Part shown: piece after piece, positions 32,742 to 43,911 of the stretch
How the letters are laid out: every line of letters starts with the position of its first letter
Numbering within the stretch: the first letter of the stretch is position 1
NCBI GenBank assembly: GCA_027923505.1
Contig: BROI01000001.1
Span: 1,984,001 to 2,048,000 of the forward strand
DNA from: Mayamaea pseudoterrestris
Taxonomy: Eukaryota
Length of the DNA stretch: 64,000 bases
Direction of reading: 5' to 3'
Position numbers and translations under genes: made by a program
The notes under the pieces: generated by a model
Databases searched by the model: none
What the model was told of the DNA's origin: nothing
The model's input: only the letters and a program-made list of their open reading frames with translations

Positions 32742-35564
32742 CTAGTCCAAGTACATGACAACAATGCTTACATTGTCCGATGAACCCTTCTCCACAGCAA
32801 GTTTTGTCAGTGTTTTGGCTGTTTCCGTCGCAGTTTCCTTCTGCTGAAATCGTAGTCGACGAACGATGATAGCAGCTTGTTCGGAGTCAATCACCTCCCA
32901 AAACCCATCCGACGCAAGTACTGCCGTCAATTCGGATTTGATTGGAACTTGCGCTACATCGGCTTCACTCACGATGCCTCGTGAAGTTGCAAAACCGCCT
33001 TCCAGAGACCGACTCACGGCGTAATCGTAGTCACCAACATGGACTTTCCACTTGTTAAAGCTGCATTCGGGCATTTCGTACGAGAGCCCCTCGCGTATAC
33101 CGGCCTCGAAACGCTCCAGTTCTGTGGCAGGCGAGTGATCCGCAGTGGCATATATTACGTTTCCGGTCTTGTCGACGACAATGCAACGAGAATCACCGCA
33201 ATGCAATACTGATAGCTGACCTTCCTGCAGATCAAGAGCCACGGCAACAATTGTAGTTCCCGCTACAACGTCTTGGCCACCGGTAAAGGCCTGAAGGATG
33301 CCTTCGTCCGGGTCATAGTCGGCCGTACACGACGTTCCGTCCTCACCGCACAACAGGCGATAATTGTCGCAAATGGTATTCCACGATGCTTCGAGTAGAC
33401 TTGTCGACGATGCCTCGCCATTTTCTCGAAGTGCTTCCGAGACAGTGTCTGCCAAAGAGTCTCGGACAAAGTTGGAAGCAGCCGCTCCAAGGTGGCCGTC
33501 CATAATGGCTGCAAGTCGAATTGACCGCTGCTGATTGTGCACTTCGCTCAAAACGAAGGCGTCCTCTTGCGCAGTTCGCCGGCCCGTGATCGACCATGCG
33601 CCCGCATCGACAAGTAGTATTGTTGGAGTCTTTTGGGCAGATGCATCTTGTAGTTGTTGCATTGCCTCTTCAACGCGCGAATTGGTTTTGGCAAGGGACG
33701 ATCTCCGATCAAAGTGCAGCGTCACATATTTGGATGTCCTCGGCTGTTCCTGCAGCATGGCCACGGCCTTTTCAAATCCTCCCTGTCCAATTGGTAGCTC
33801 TCCTATCCCAATCAAATGGTCGCCAACCTCGAAAATACCCATTTCCTCAGCCTGGCTGTCGTCTGCAACGCCTTTGACAAACACTTCACCAGGCAATGCA
33901 TCGCTTGTTGCTTGTTCCCACTGCTTCATTGCACTGAGGTTTAATGAAGTCCTATCGTCTCCATCAACGTCTCGCTTCGAATCTCCGTCACTGTCGACAT
34001 TTGCTTCAGCCAAGATCAAACCAAGTGGCGCATTGCGCGCAAACGTTGCAACGAACTGCAACGGTCGTACCGACGGTATCACGCAATATTCCATTGCCTC
34101 CAACACTTCCGTCAAAAAAGCTCCATCTGCATCCCAACTAATTTCCAAACGCTGAATTTGGTTCCAGTAAACGAGTGCATCACTACTTGACATGCGCATG
34201 CGAGGATCCGGCCGCAGCAAATTTTGCAGCAGTGCCCATAGTCCGGGTCGCTCATTCAGAACCTCCAACGCTTCCACCAAGCCCGTCGCTGCCACTTTGC
34301 TTTGCAGCTGCTTATCCAACCATGTATTCAAATCCCAGTCGGCCGCCTGTAGTTGCGCTCGAAAGCCAGCGTCGGTCCGGTCGTCGGTATACTGCAGCAG
34401 CAACTGGCAGTACAGTAAGGCCAATGAAAAGCAGTCAAACTTGACGGCATCCTTCGGCGAAGAAGCATCAACAAAGACTTCGGGTGCGGCATAGACTGGA
34501 CTCACGGCAACTGTGGCATCCAACTCGGTAATGAAGAATCCGTTGCTTTGCTTCTTCAAGTCGGCTGCCGATCCAAAGTCAATCAGCGTCAGTTTGTCTT
34601 GCGATACTAAAATGTTACCAGGTTTAATGTCGCGATGCAATATGGAGTTGGAATGCAAATGTGCCAAGCATTCCAATAGTTGCTGCATCACAATGTCAAG
34701 TGTTTCGACCAATCGAGTCATTGTTGGTAGACCAAGTGCTTGGGCCAATGCACTCAAATGGTGATTGTGACTATTACTCATGCCATTGTTGCTGCTTTCG
34801 TCGGCATTCTTGTGATTTCGAGTCTGGCTCTCTAGAATTAAAACGTCGGCCAAGGAAGGAGCTGGTCGTATGGTAGTTGTCACGGATGAAATTGGCACGG
34901 AAGGGTCGTAGGCTGCAGCAGCAGCAGCAATCATGTCGGTAATGAGCCACGAGTAGTTGACACCTTCGACTTTTGCTGGCAGCATTCCCCGATATATTGG
35001 TACATTTGAGTGTCCGGAAATTTTTTGTAGACAATGAGCTTCTGTTTGCAGGTAGGATTGGCATCGCTTGTGCTTCTCCTGCAGCTCCTTGGGCGTTAGT
35101 GACGGAAATTTGGTTCTTAGTTCATCCAGGGTCCATGATCGCTTGGCAATCGCTCGAACTGTAGTCAAGTCGACACTTTCGGATTGCTGCTTTAATTCTA
35201 ATTCCACTTGATGGACTGTTCCGTAGCTGCCGCTGCCAACATGGTCGAGTATATTTACGGAGAAAGAATTGGAGGAAGCGAAGGAAGCAGACGTTGCAGC
35301 AGCGGTACGACTATCGCCGTTACTACTACTTGGATTGTCTCGTGGCAAGGCAAACGGAAATAGATTCCTTCTTGTTGCAGACCGTCTCGAGTTGTATGCG
35401 TCATGATGTACTTGACTCGACGAAAAGGAGAGTGCTTGGTGATGCCGACAGCTCCCTGGTCTCGTCAGCCGGAACGCTTCCGACGTTAAGTAATGACTGG
35501 TAGCAGCGACAGTCAGGCAGACAAATAATGATTGTTGATGATACCTGCATGTTCGTCGTATCAT
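32742..35564 (-). CDS. Predicted plastid Ser/Thr kinase - PDZ - PP2C phosphatase fusion
   Basis: Single 940-aa ORF with a presequence ending TSEAF. Kinase motifs GSGSYG, IAK, HRDIKPGN, DFGSAADL, YAAPE; PDZ motifs PLGLIL..VFVKGV..SQAE..GD; PPM motifs QED, DGHLG, GTT, GDSR, DH, SDGFWE, GSSDN. Confidence 0.9.
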   Translation of the reverse strand: MIRRTCRYHQQSLFVCLTVAATSHYLTSEAFRLTRPGSCRHHQALSFSSSQVHHDAYNSRRSATRRNLFPFALPRDNPSSSNGDSRTAAATSASFASSNSFSVNILDHVGSGSYGTVHQVELELKQQSESVDLTTVRAIAKRSWTLDELRTKFPSLTPKELQEKHKRCQSYLQTEAHCLQKISGHSNVPIYRGMLPAKVEGVNYSWLITDMIAAAAAAYDPSVPISSVTTTIRPAPSLADVLILESQTRNHKNADESSNNGMSNSHNHHLSALAQALGLPTMTRLVETLDIVMQQLLECLAHLHSNSILHRDIKPGNILVSQDKLTLIDFGSAADLKKQSNGFFITELDATVAVSPVYAAPEVFVDASSPKDAVKFDCFSLALLYCQLLLQYTDDRTDAGFRAQLQAADWDLNTWLDKQLQSKVAATGLVEALEVLNERPGLWALLQNLLRPDPRMRMSSSDALVYWNQIQRLEISWDADGAFLTEVLEAMEYCVIPSVRPLQFVATFARNAPLGLILAEANVDSDGDSKRDVDGDDRTSLNLSAMKQWEQATSDALPGEVFVKGVADDSQAEEMGIFEVGDHLIGIGELPIGQGGFEKAVAMLQEQPRTSKYVTLHFDRRSSLAKTNSRVEEAMQQLQDASAQKTPTILLVDAGAWSITGRRTAQEDAFVLSEVHNQQRSIRLAAIMDGHLGAAASNFVRDSLADTVSEALRENGEASSTSLLEASWNTICDNYRLLCGEDGTSCTADYDPDEGILQAFTGGQDVVAGTTIVAVALDLQEGQLSVLHCGDSRCIVVDKTGNVIYATADHSPATELERFEAGIREGLSYEMPECSFNKWKVHVGDYDYAVSRSLEGGFATSRGIVSEADVAQVPIKSELTAVLASDGFWEVIDSEQAAIIVRRLRFQQKETATETAKTLTKLAVEKGSSDNVSIVVMYLD

Positions 35565-36124
35565 TGTATATAGAGAGAGAACGGACTCTGGTTGGATCGG
35601 ATATGAATCTGATGGATGAAAGATGAAACAAATCCAAGATCCTTTTCGTTGATGCGGCGATGCTGCGTTCGCGATGCGACATTCATGCCGTCGCAGTGGT
35701 TTTAAGATTCAAGGACGAAACATCCCCGCCTGTTTGTCTGTGCAGGATTTCATCCTCTCAGCGACATTCACATTGAAGTAACGAGACGCTTTCAAGACAC
35801 AAAGGCAATACGATGTAATTGCGAAAATGTCGCGGCGAGGCACCAACCGCCCACTGATACGAGAGCGCATGTTGAAACATGCATGACGTGCCCAACTTCC
35901 GCGTCATCGGCCGGAAGGACGACTGAGAGAACGCGTTAACGGTCGACCTGCTGATCCCACGGGAACCAGCTTCAATGCCCGGTCCGATATGATAGACAGG
36001 AAACAACCAGTGCATGCCGTAGTTAAAGAGTTTATGTTGATTCTATACAATTATTTACAGTCTAGCAGTGAAAGAGAAAGAAAATGCTTGCGCTTGCCAG
36101 CTCGCAGGAATGTCGCATCTATTT

Positions 36125-36706
36125 TCAATCCGAGAGCGAAATCGTTGGCAGCGGATGAGAGAATGTTGTCACGACTAGTTGCTCCTCCGCATCATCTTCG
36201 TCGGCAAAGGAGCTGCTTCGCACTGGTGGACGAAGCGTCGTAGTAACATCAACGGCTAGTAGGTTTCGCAGTGACCGTTGGCGCGGAGGCGGCGTGATGG
36301 GTGAGTCCTTTCGCACAGTTGAAGTCGAAACCATGCTTCCCCATCGACAGTTTGGTACTTTTCTTGGTGACCGTCGTGGACTAGTCGTAGTGGATAATGA
36401 TGATGTCTTGGTCAAGCTTCTCGGCCGTCGCCTTGTGGCTTGCTGCAGCTGCATGGAGACGCGCTCGTGAATTCTGGCATTGTCGGGTGTGATTGTTAGC
36501 GGCGCTGCATGGCCAAGGAGACTTCTCAGTGACATGATGCTTGATTGTTGGTGCTGCTGTTGCTGTTGCTGCTGTATCTTTGTAGTGGTAGCTCTTGGTG
36601 CAGAAGTAAGCAGGTCATTCTGCGAGCGTCGCTCGGGCGAGTCGATCGCACCCATGATCCAAATATTTGTGGCGACATGCAAAGCAAGATTCGCCTCGCG
36701 CATCAT
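36125..36706 (-). CDS. Hypothetical low-complexity S/T/R/P-rich protein
   Basis: 193-aa ATG-started ORF filling an otherwise empty interval; poly-Q and P..P.R..S motifs (TPPPRQRS, RPPVRSSS); no recognised domain. Confidence 0.5.
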   Translation of the reverse strand: MMREANLALHVATNIWIMGAIDSPERRSQNDLLTSAPRATTTKIQQQQQQQHQQSSIMSLRSLLGHAAPLTITPDNARIHERVSMQLQQATRRRPRSLTKTSSLSTTTSPRRSPRKVPNCRWGSMVSTSTVRKDSPITPPPRQRSLRNLLAVDVTTTLRPPVRSSSFADEDDAEEQLVVTTFSHPLPTISLSD

Positions 36707-36999
36707 CGCGACGCTGCCGCGTCAGCAGTTTCGTCGAGCCATGGTCAATCGTGCTTGCAGTCCAGCTGAAACTCCGAATGTCTTTCAAACCCGTAACTGA
36801 CGTCGCACCCGGCTGGCGCGCAGAGAAAGGGGGTGGGGGTCGAAAGCGAAACGCATCCTGCGCGTGACGGAACGAGCCGTCACACGGTCACACGACCAAC
36901 AAGGCTTTCTCCGCGGTTCCTTCCTCATCGTTGCTGCTTCTATAGTGCAACGTGTTGGTTACACAAGTCTTTACTCTTATTGTTGTAAATTAATTAATT

Positions 37000-38920
37000 A
37001 TGATGATGTCTACTGCGGAAAAGAAGAAGGATCCCGACGAAGTTTCGACGAGAACGGATCCTCCAGCGGCGCGGCGCAAAACGTCAAGCAGTGACGCTGT
37101 CGCCAACTTGGAGCGTCGCTTGCGAATGCTGGAAGAGTTTGGACCGATTACGACGACAAAAAATACAAGTGATGTTACTGCTATTGCTGGAAAGGGAACG
37201 ACCATGGATGCGCCTTCTGCTGCTGCTACAGGTACGGCAACGTCGACTTTGGCTGGGGCAGGAACCAAGCAGACTGGAAAGAGCGCTTTGCTGGTAAGTC
37301 AATTTATAATAAATGCGAGCGAAGGAGTGGAAGAGATGATAATTTGAGATCCGAGTCTTGTTTCTCACGCATGAATTGATTTTTTTTAATTCCTAGGCTC
37401 GCATCATGGCAGCGCAGGAAAAGGCCAAGCAGGCTCAGAATTCTACTTTGCAGCAACAACAGGAAGCTTCTCTGAAATCCACTGCAACAATTATCAATGA
37501 CCCTCCGCCAGCCTTTGACTTGTTGGATGAAACGTTTGACAATCGTAAGGATGATCCGCCTCCGTCCTTTGACGTTTCGCTGTTGCCGCCTACCTTGCCT
37601 CCACCAGCCTTTGACGCGCAAATCTTGCCTCCGCCTAGTAGTACTCTTACGAGCAAATTTAATCATTTTGATCCAATGGCGGCAGCAAGTCCCACTATAA
37701 TGGCTCCTCCCGCTCCATCGGCTCCAGCCTTTGAGGATGTCTACGTCATGGAGCCTCCTGCCAGCATGATGGAGGATCACAATGCTACCTATGCGTGGGA
37801 ACCTCAAGCTCCTCCGCCCCAGCCGCAGGAAGAAGTAGGCATTGATCCAGCCACTTTGCAAGCAATCATGAGTTTGGATGGCTTGTCGGAGGCCGATAAA
37901 CGCGCCTTGATTGACGAGCAACTGCAAGTGTTGAAGCAAATGACGCAGCAGCAGAATGCAAGTACGACTCAATCTGCCGCAACGTCGGCAGCGGATGCGT
38001 TCGAGCAGCGATCACTGGCCATGTCGCTCCGTACGCCGCAGCAGCCAGCCCGCAGTAAGCCAACTAGTAGCATTCGCAAGGAAGGTGGAACGCATGCTGG
38101 CATTCCAACCGACCAAAGCTTGGCCTCGCAAGTCGAGCAGGCGCAGCAAGCAAATGCAACATTGATTAATATTGGAAGTGACCAGAAAGTTCCGTTGCAT
38201 GGTCCGGAAAAGACCAAACTAGCCATTCAGTCGGGCATTGCCGTGATCGTGCAATGCCTTGGATGCGAGCATGCCATGCAAGTAACACCGGCCGCGACGT
38301 TGATGTTTTGTCCAGTTTGCGAAACAATTTCGGCAGTGAATGATAATAATGTCATGAGTATGACTGGTAATGATGCTGCCAAGGCGCAATTGGAGGCAGA
38401 CTTGAAATTGGCCGAGGAGTTGCAGAAGGAGGAGTATAAGCGAGCCGAAGGTGGTGGCAATGCTACTCGATCGAGTCCGTCTCGTAGCAGCACCACGCCA
38501 CGAGCGGCATCGTCAACCAGCAGTCCGAGTGCCGCTTCTGGTGGATGGCTGGATTGGTTGGGAGTCACGTCGACGGCGGCTGCACCGGCTCCTGCAGCTA
38601 CTTCGCCGGCTCGGTCGTCGTCATCATCTCGCTCTGGTTTAATTGCGGCGAATACGGATACGGTCCATTTTTCGTCCAATTCCGATTCCATGCAGCAGGC
38701 ACGCGTGGCGGAATCAAAACCACTCTTTAGCTGCGTGGCGGACAGCATCATGACGACGGCCAATCAGTACATGGCTGCAACGCTCATGGATGCGCCTGAC
38801 GAGGAGGGCAATGTGCATGGCGTTGATTCGAGCTCGCTGTTGGCAGTTCCTATGAGCGGAGTGGGACGCAACGCGGGCAAGAGTCAAAACGATGACGATG
38901 GATATTCGGCGTACGAATAA
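37000..38920 (+). CDS. Protein with LSD1-like C2C2 zinc finger and MIU-like ubiquitin-binding motif, intron 37294-37396
   Basis: A GTAAGT..CTAG intron joins KSALL|ARIMAAQEK in frame. CLGC..MQVTPAATLMFCPVC, then EADLKLAEELQKEE; repeated PP(A/S)FD motifs. Confidence 0.75.
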
Positions 38921-39114
38921 GTTGAATGTCGATATATTGGTGTAGATGAGGCGAGTCGAACAGTTTTCCATTAAACAATTACACGAGGCATTGATTCTGG
39001 CGCGTAAATATTTAGGATAAGTATTTACCGGTATATTACAATAAAGGATTTATGACGCCGTGCATTTTTGCTGTTCTGCCTCATATAAAGAGGATCATAG
39101 GATCACATGTGAAA

Positions 39115-42100
39115 CTAAGCACTTTTAGGATAGTATCCTACAATCTTTGTCTCAAGTTGCCTCGCCTTTGCCAGTGCTCCCCACGAGTTATAGTTATCGC
39201 AAGCTGCTCGAAAATACGGCAATGCCATCTCGACATCTCCAACACGATACAAGTGTCGAGCAAAAATTTCATTGACTAAAGCTCGCATATAAACAAATCC
39301 GTCCTGATGAGCAAGTGCGTGAGAGCACCGATAGTACCGAAGTGCGCGAGAATTGTCGCCTCGGAGGGAGCACAGTTCCGCTTTCAGTAGGTAAACCTTG
39401 TCCAAAGCACTGGTTGGAGCATACTTTTCTATCCGCTTTAGAACGTGGATGGCGAAACGACGACTTTTCCGTTGCTTCAATCCCATTCGCGCTGAACTAA
39501 TTTTCATCATGGCCACGAAAAATATAGTTGTGACAACCCCAGTGTTGACAGGGACGTTCCAAAGATATTTGAGGTAAGGTTCCACTAAAGATGATGCCAG
39601 CGCGAACTCTTCAAACATGAATGCAACAATCATACGAGTGAATGGAACAATTAAAGCATTCATAAAATTGCCTCTTGCCAGGGCCGCAGAATGGGCATCG
39701 TCATGATTCAGCAAGTCTCCTTGAACGCAAAGAGGGTCATCGCTCAAACCCAAATAATGGTGAAGGTTCTGAGCGGTAAGAAGAAGACTGAGGACGGCGT
39801 GTTGCTGATGCCTAGCTGTCAACTCATTTATGAGCCACATTATTTTGGGTTCCAAAATCGTCAACTTCTCGCCGGCTTCAAGACAGGTAAGCGCGTAAGC
39901 GTTGGCACAGAGGCCAGCAGCAACGATATCGCCGGTAAACTTCCCAATCTGAAATGCATCAATAAGTGGCGTAACGCACTCTGTCATGGGTTTGCTCCAA
40001 TGAGCAGTTACTCCGTAGTAAAGAAAATAAACTCTCGGCTTAAATTCTTTCGCACCGAAACGATGAAGAAATTTTAAACTTAGCTCGCCACAACGGAGTC
40101 CGGTATGCTGATCACGCGAAAGGATAGTGACCCCGAAATAAACAAAAGCCGCCGCAGTAAAAGCGCTAAAGCCGTGTTTTATTGTAAGTCTCATCAGCTT
40201 CACCGCAATAAAGGGACAGTAGAGGGGATCGCAAATCGAAGCGTCCAGAAAAATTAAGTGGAGAAGCTGCATGCATGCAATTTTCTCCGTTTCCGTAGCT
40301 GGCGGCAGCCGAAGTAGTTGCTCGTCACTCTTGCTTCTGAGAAGACGAAGTATCGAGTAGACTTCAATGAGTAAAATGGGTATCGAGGGGCGTTTTGGCA
40401 ACGGTTCACGAAGCAAGCGCAAAGCTTCTTTGCCGACTTGAAGTGCCTCCGGTGACCTTTCCGTTGCCGCGAGACCACATATCCGAGTCGAGTATGCAGG
40501 CAGTCGATCGTGCAAAGTACGAGTATTTGCAAACACGTCCGACAGTATCTCGTCCATTCGTCGAAATGACGCCGTGCACATGTGAATCTCCGCAAGCGCA
40601 CTGCTCAAAAGCAGAGTCAGATCATACTCGTCGCGCCAGCGTCGCGGTCCGAGAAGATTTAATCCCATTTCAAGAAAAGCAAGCGAAGTTGTGTTCGCTG
40701 ACGACCTAGCAGCTTTGGACCCTGCATGCAAACAAAGTTTTGCCACATCAACTCGCTCATCCTCTCGTATCAGATTTTGACATAGCTTCAACTGCGATAG
40801 TACTAAAAATATTGCGCGCTCCATCTCGTCGGAGTTCAAAGCCCGGAAGATGCGCCGGCCAATCTTAAGGTGCAGCTGTTCTCTGGCCTCCATATCAATC
40901 AGTTGATACGAAGCGACCCGAACAGTTTCGTGAGCAAAAGAATACCGATCTGTAATTTTGCTATGAGCAAGCAAGCCACGGCGGCTTCCTTCTTGGATCC
41001 CTTGATCAAACTGCTCTACACTGAGTACCTTAGTCATTAAGGATGGATAGAGATCAGGTCCGAGACAAGCCGCAACTTGGAGCACCTCACTCGCTGCTTC
41101 AGTCAGCTGACCCAGTTCAAGCTTGACGTAGTCATCCACTGTCATGGTTGGGTCAATGCTATGTCGAATGTCTACTTCGTCCCAAGTCCATGCTCCCGAT
41201 ACAACGTCAAACTGAAGCAACTGTGCATGGACCAGCCACCTTATCAGCGACGTGATTAGCAGCAAGTTGCCAGCCGTGTGCTCGTAGACGAGTTTACTGA
41301 TAGAGACCACCTTTTCCGAATCTTTCTCCAAATCCAGCTCAATAGCTCTTGCAATCATGCTCTGCACTTCCTCATATTGTAGATTGTTCACATCAAGGTT
41401 TACAATCGGTTTTTGCAACTGATCCTCAATCTGTCGCAACTTGCATGACAAATAACTCGTTCCCGAGACACCGCTATTACAAGATCCGATTAAAATCAAG
41501 CCAGAGTATCGGGGATCAGTCGCAAGGAGGCTGTAATAGTCCAGGGAGCTAGCATCACAAAGGTTCAAGTCTTGCAGAAACAGTACAATGGGACGACCCG
41601 ACTTGCAAATCGCCTGTATTAAGCCTCCAAACGCAAAGACAAAGCGCGGATGACGCTGTCCACATTTGTCAAAATCAATTTCATTGTCTACATTCTGCAA
41701 GACATCGCCTCCAAGAATCTTGGAAAGGGCAGGAATCATATCAACTAGCACCAGAACCTGCGCCGAACTCAAGGCATTCAATATAATTCCCTTCATTTCC
41801 TCCTGCAAATTTCGTCGCATGACGACATGAACAAACTCGGTAAAGGCTCCCACCAATGCCGGATACGGCAAGTCATTATGATGAACATGGCACTTGCCCT
41901 GCAAAAAGTAGCCACCTTGCTCATTGAGCGCGTCCTGAAGACTCATGCGTATCACGTGCGATGTTCCGCAGCCTCGGGGACCAGTCATTAGTACTAGTGG
42001 AGGTGACTTGGAGTCAATCTTGTTCATAATCAAGTCATGTACAAGTTCCTGGAGGCGAGCGTCGGTGCGGTGTATCCGCAATCGTTCCATGAGACGCTTG

Positions 42101-42372
42101 AGAGGAAGCTTGAGGCCCGTGGTGATGGTTTGGTCAATCTTGGTGCTTTCGTCTTCTTTTAGGGTTGACATTGTCTCGGCTTTTTGTTCTTTAGTAGTTA
42201 AAGATGTCTTTGCCGGAACGCTGTTTTGTAACTGCTCCGATGCCATGATTTTGCTGCCATTGCTTGATGCCATCGTTGCGCTGCTCGTCTCGGTCACCGA
42301 AGACTCTCGCTCGGCGACGAGCTTCTGCGCCGTCAAGACCGGTTCACTGCGAAGGACCCGAGGCTGATCCAT
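39115..42372 (-). CDS. STAND-like AAA ATPase (COG3899/AAA_16 type) with helical-repeat C-terminus and degenerate Walker motifs
   Basis: 1085 aa. GPRGCGTS (Walker A position), GKC..PY, IVLFLQDL (Walker B position), HTAGNLL, LQVAACLG, FAHETVR..SY, HLKIGR, W..EY.LTL and C-terminal WGALAKA follow this family's layout. Confidence 0.85.
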   Translation of the reverse strand: MDQPRVLRSEPVLTAQKLVAERESSVTETSSATMASSNGSKIMASEQLQNSVPAKTSLTTKEQKAETMSTLKEDESTKIDQTITTGLKLPLKRLMERLRIHRTDARLQELVHDLIMNKIDSKSPPLVLMTGPRGCGTSHVIRMSLQDALNEQGGYFLQGKCHVHHNDLPYPALVGAFTEFVHVVMRRNLQEEMKGIILNALSSAQVLVLVDMIPALSKILGGDVLQNVDNEIDFDKCGQRHPRFVFAFGGLIQAICKSGRPIVLFLQDLNLCDASSLDYYSLLATDPRYSGLILIGSCNSGVSGTSYLSCKLRQIEDQLQKPIVNLDVNNLQYEEVQSMIARAIELDLEKDSEKVVSISKLVYEHTAGNLLLITSLIRWLVHAQLLQFDVVSGAWTWDEVDIRHSIDPTMTVDDYVKLELGQLTEAASEVLQVAACLGPDLYPSLMTKVLSVEQFDQGIQEGSRRGLLAHSKITDRYSFAHETVRVASYQLIDMEAREQLHLKIGRRIFRALNSDEMERAIFLVLSQLKLCQNLIREDERVDVAKLCLHAGSKAARSSANTTSLAFLEMGLNLLGPRRWRDEYDLTLLLSSALAEIHMCTASFRRMDEILSDVFANTRTLHDRLPAYSTRICGLAATERSPEALQVGKEALRLLREPLPKRPSIPILLIEVYSILRLLRSKSDEQLLRLPPATETEKIACMQLLHLIFLDASICDPLYCPFIAVKLMRLTIKHGFSAFTAAAFVYFGVTILSRDQHTGLRCGELSLKFLHRFGAKEFKPRVYFLYYGVTAHWSKPMTECVTPLIDAFQIGKFTGDIVAAGLCANAYALTCLEAGEKLTILEPKIMWLINELTARHQQHAVLSLLLTAQNLHHYLGLSDDPLCVQGDLLNHDDAHSAALARGNFMNALIVPFTRMIVAFMFEEFALASSLVEPYLKYLWNVPVNTGVVTTIFFVAMMKISSARMGLKQRKSRRFAIHVLKRIEKYAPTSALDKVYLLKAELCSLRGDNSRALRYYRCSHALAHQDGFVYMRALVNEIFARHLYRVGDVEMALPYFRAACDNYNSWGALAKARQLETKIVGYYPKSA

Positions 42373-42769
42373 GTTTACTCGTTATAAGGGGTGTACAATG
42401 AGTTGAATGCATTGATACAGAATGGTAGCTCCCTTTTCCGGCCTCACTTTTCGTCTCGTTCTTTATCGGAACGTGCTGCAGTGGGGTTGAAACGTGCGAA
42501 CCTCGAGTCGTAGCGGTACTCAACGGCGACAAGGTTTTTTCTTCGCCTCGAAAACGAGTCAACGCAATGAGGATGAGGATGAGGATCACTACTCGGTTTG
42601 ATCAGCAATTACCTGCGATCCAAAAGTCGTTCTTCAAACACTCTTGCCTTTTTTGTCGACTGCTTGAATAATCTTAGGTTATTGCAAGCTGTCAAGTTTA
42701 ATCACACGCCTTGTCAGCGTCGGGCATCGGCATAGACTTTCACACAATCGTCCTTTCTCACTGTACGAC

Positions 42770-43645
42770 ATGGTGAACCAGCTGACGCAGGAGGCAGCTG
42801 GAGGTTTTTCTGCTGGAGTTGTTGGAACAGTGATTGGTTTTCCTCTAGACACAATCAAGGCCCGTCAGCAAGTTTTGCAAACTTCTGGCATTCGTCGAAC
42901 AGCGTCAACCATATTGCAAAAGGAAGGTTTCTTGGCCTTTTATCGAGGACTTGTCCCCCCACTGCTGTCACTGAGTATATTGAACACAATCAACTTTGCA
43001 GCGTACGCTTCCATTCAGCAAAGACTTGACGCCCCGCGCGGCTGGTCGTGGCGAAACGCTGCGGCTGGCGCACTGGTGGGACCATTGTCGAGCATCATTT
43101 CGACGGTGGAAAATGTCATCAAGACGCAGCTGCAGCTGGATAACGTTTCGGCAAAGCGGTTCGCAGGTAGCTACGATTGCCTCAAAACGCTAGTGCGAGA
43201 AAACGGGCCATCCGTGCTGTACACTGGCCATGTTGTCAATACGTTTCGAGAAGCAACGTTCATAGCCGTTTACTTTGGCATGTACGAGGGATTGCGTGCG
43301 GAACTTGCTCACATACATCGATATAAAAATGATTCTGCTACAACCTGGAACCAATGGGCGATCCCGGCTGCAGGTGGTTTGTCCGGAGCAATCGCTTGGG
43401 CCGTGAGCTTCCCCTTGGACGCTGTTCGGGCGGGAGTACAGGGACAGGATTTGTCCGCCGGTGCCACCAAGAGGAAATCGGCCTTGGTTGTCGTTACGGA
43501 TCTCATGGCGCGTCAAGGGATTCGAGGTTTATACTCGGGCGTGGCGCCGAGCATTGTTCGAGCGTTTCTCGTTTCTGCCAGTCGCTTTAGTGCCTACGAA
43601 GGCGCGCTGTATATGCTACGCGGCGGTCGAGACAACGTTCTCTGA
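42770..43645 (+). CDS. Mitochondrial carrier (SLC25; carnitine/basic amino acid carrier-like)
   Basis: Three repeats with PX[DE]XX[KR] signatures (PLDTIKAR, TVENVIKT, PLDAVRAG) and EG..AFYRG / G..GLYSG motifs. Confidence 0.92.
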   Translation: MVNQLTQEAAGGFSAGVVGTVIGFPLDTIKARQQVLQTSGIRRTASTILQKEGFLAFYRGLVPPLLSLSILNTINFAAYASIQQRLDAPRGWSWRNAAAGALVGPLSSIISTVENVIKTQLQLDNVSAKRFAGSYDCLKTLVRENGPSVLYTGHVVNTFREATFIAVYFGMYEGLRAELAHIHRYKNDSATTWNQWAIPAAGGLSGAIAWAVSFPLDAVRAGVQGQDLSAGATKRKSALVVVTDLMARQGIRGLYSGVAPSIVRAFLVSASRFSAYEGALYMLRGGRDNVL

Positions 43646-43911
43646 ATATCATCCGCAGTACTGAATTAATCAGCTCGTGACTGGGTCTAGAAGGGTACAG
43701 AAATAACTGCTAAAGGTCAGCTTTGAGCGAAACAGACAAACTGCTGTCCTACTAATCGACGACGACCTTAAGCAATGGATAAACGTCTTGGCTTATAGTA
43801 AGGCTCTTAAGCAATGTATAATCATGTAAGTGTGTGTGATGGAAACTCCATTCCTTCATGTAGAGAGCAATGATCAGCCCGTGTCGTCGTCGGGTGGCAA
43901 GCCATTCAAGT

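Noticed and set aside
3888..35564. Functional cluster of signalling/ubiquitin genes (two PP2Cs, BTB, sirtuin, copine)
   Set aside because: They are interspersed with unrelated housekeeping genes and nothing suggests more than chance neighbourhood.
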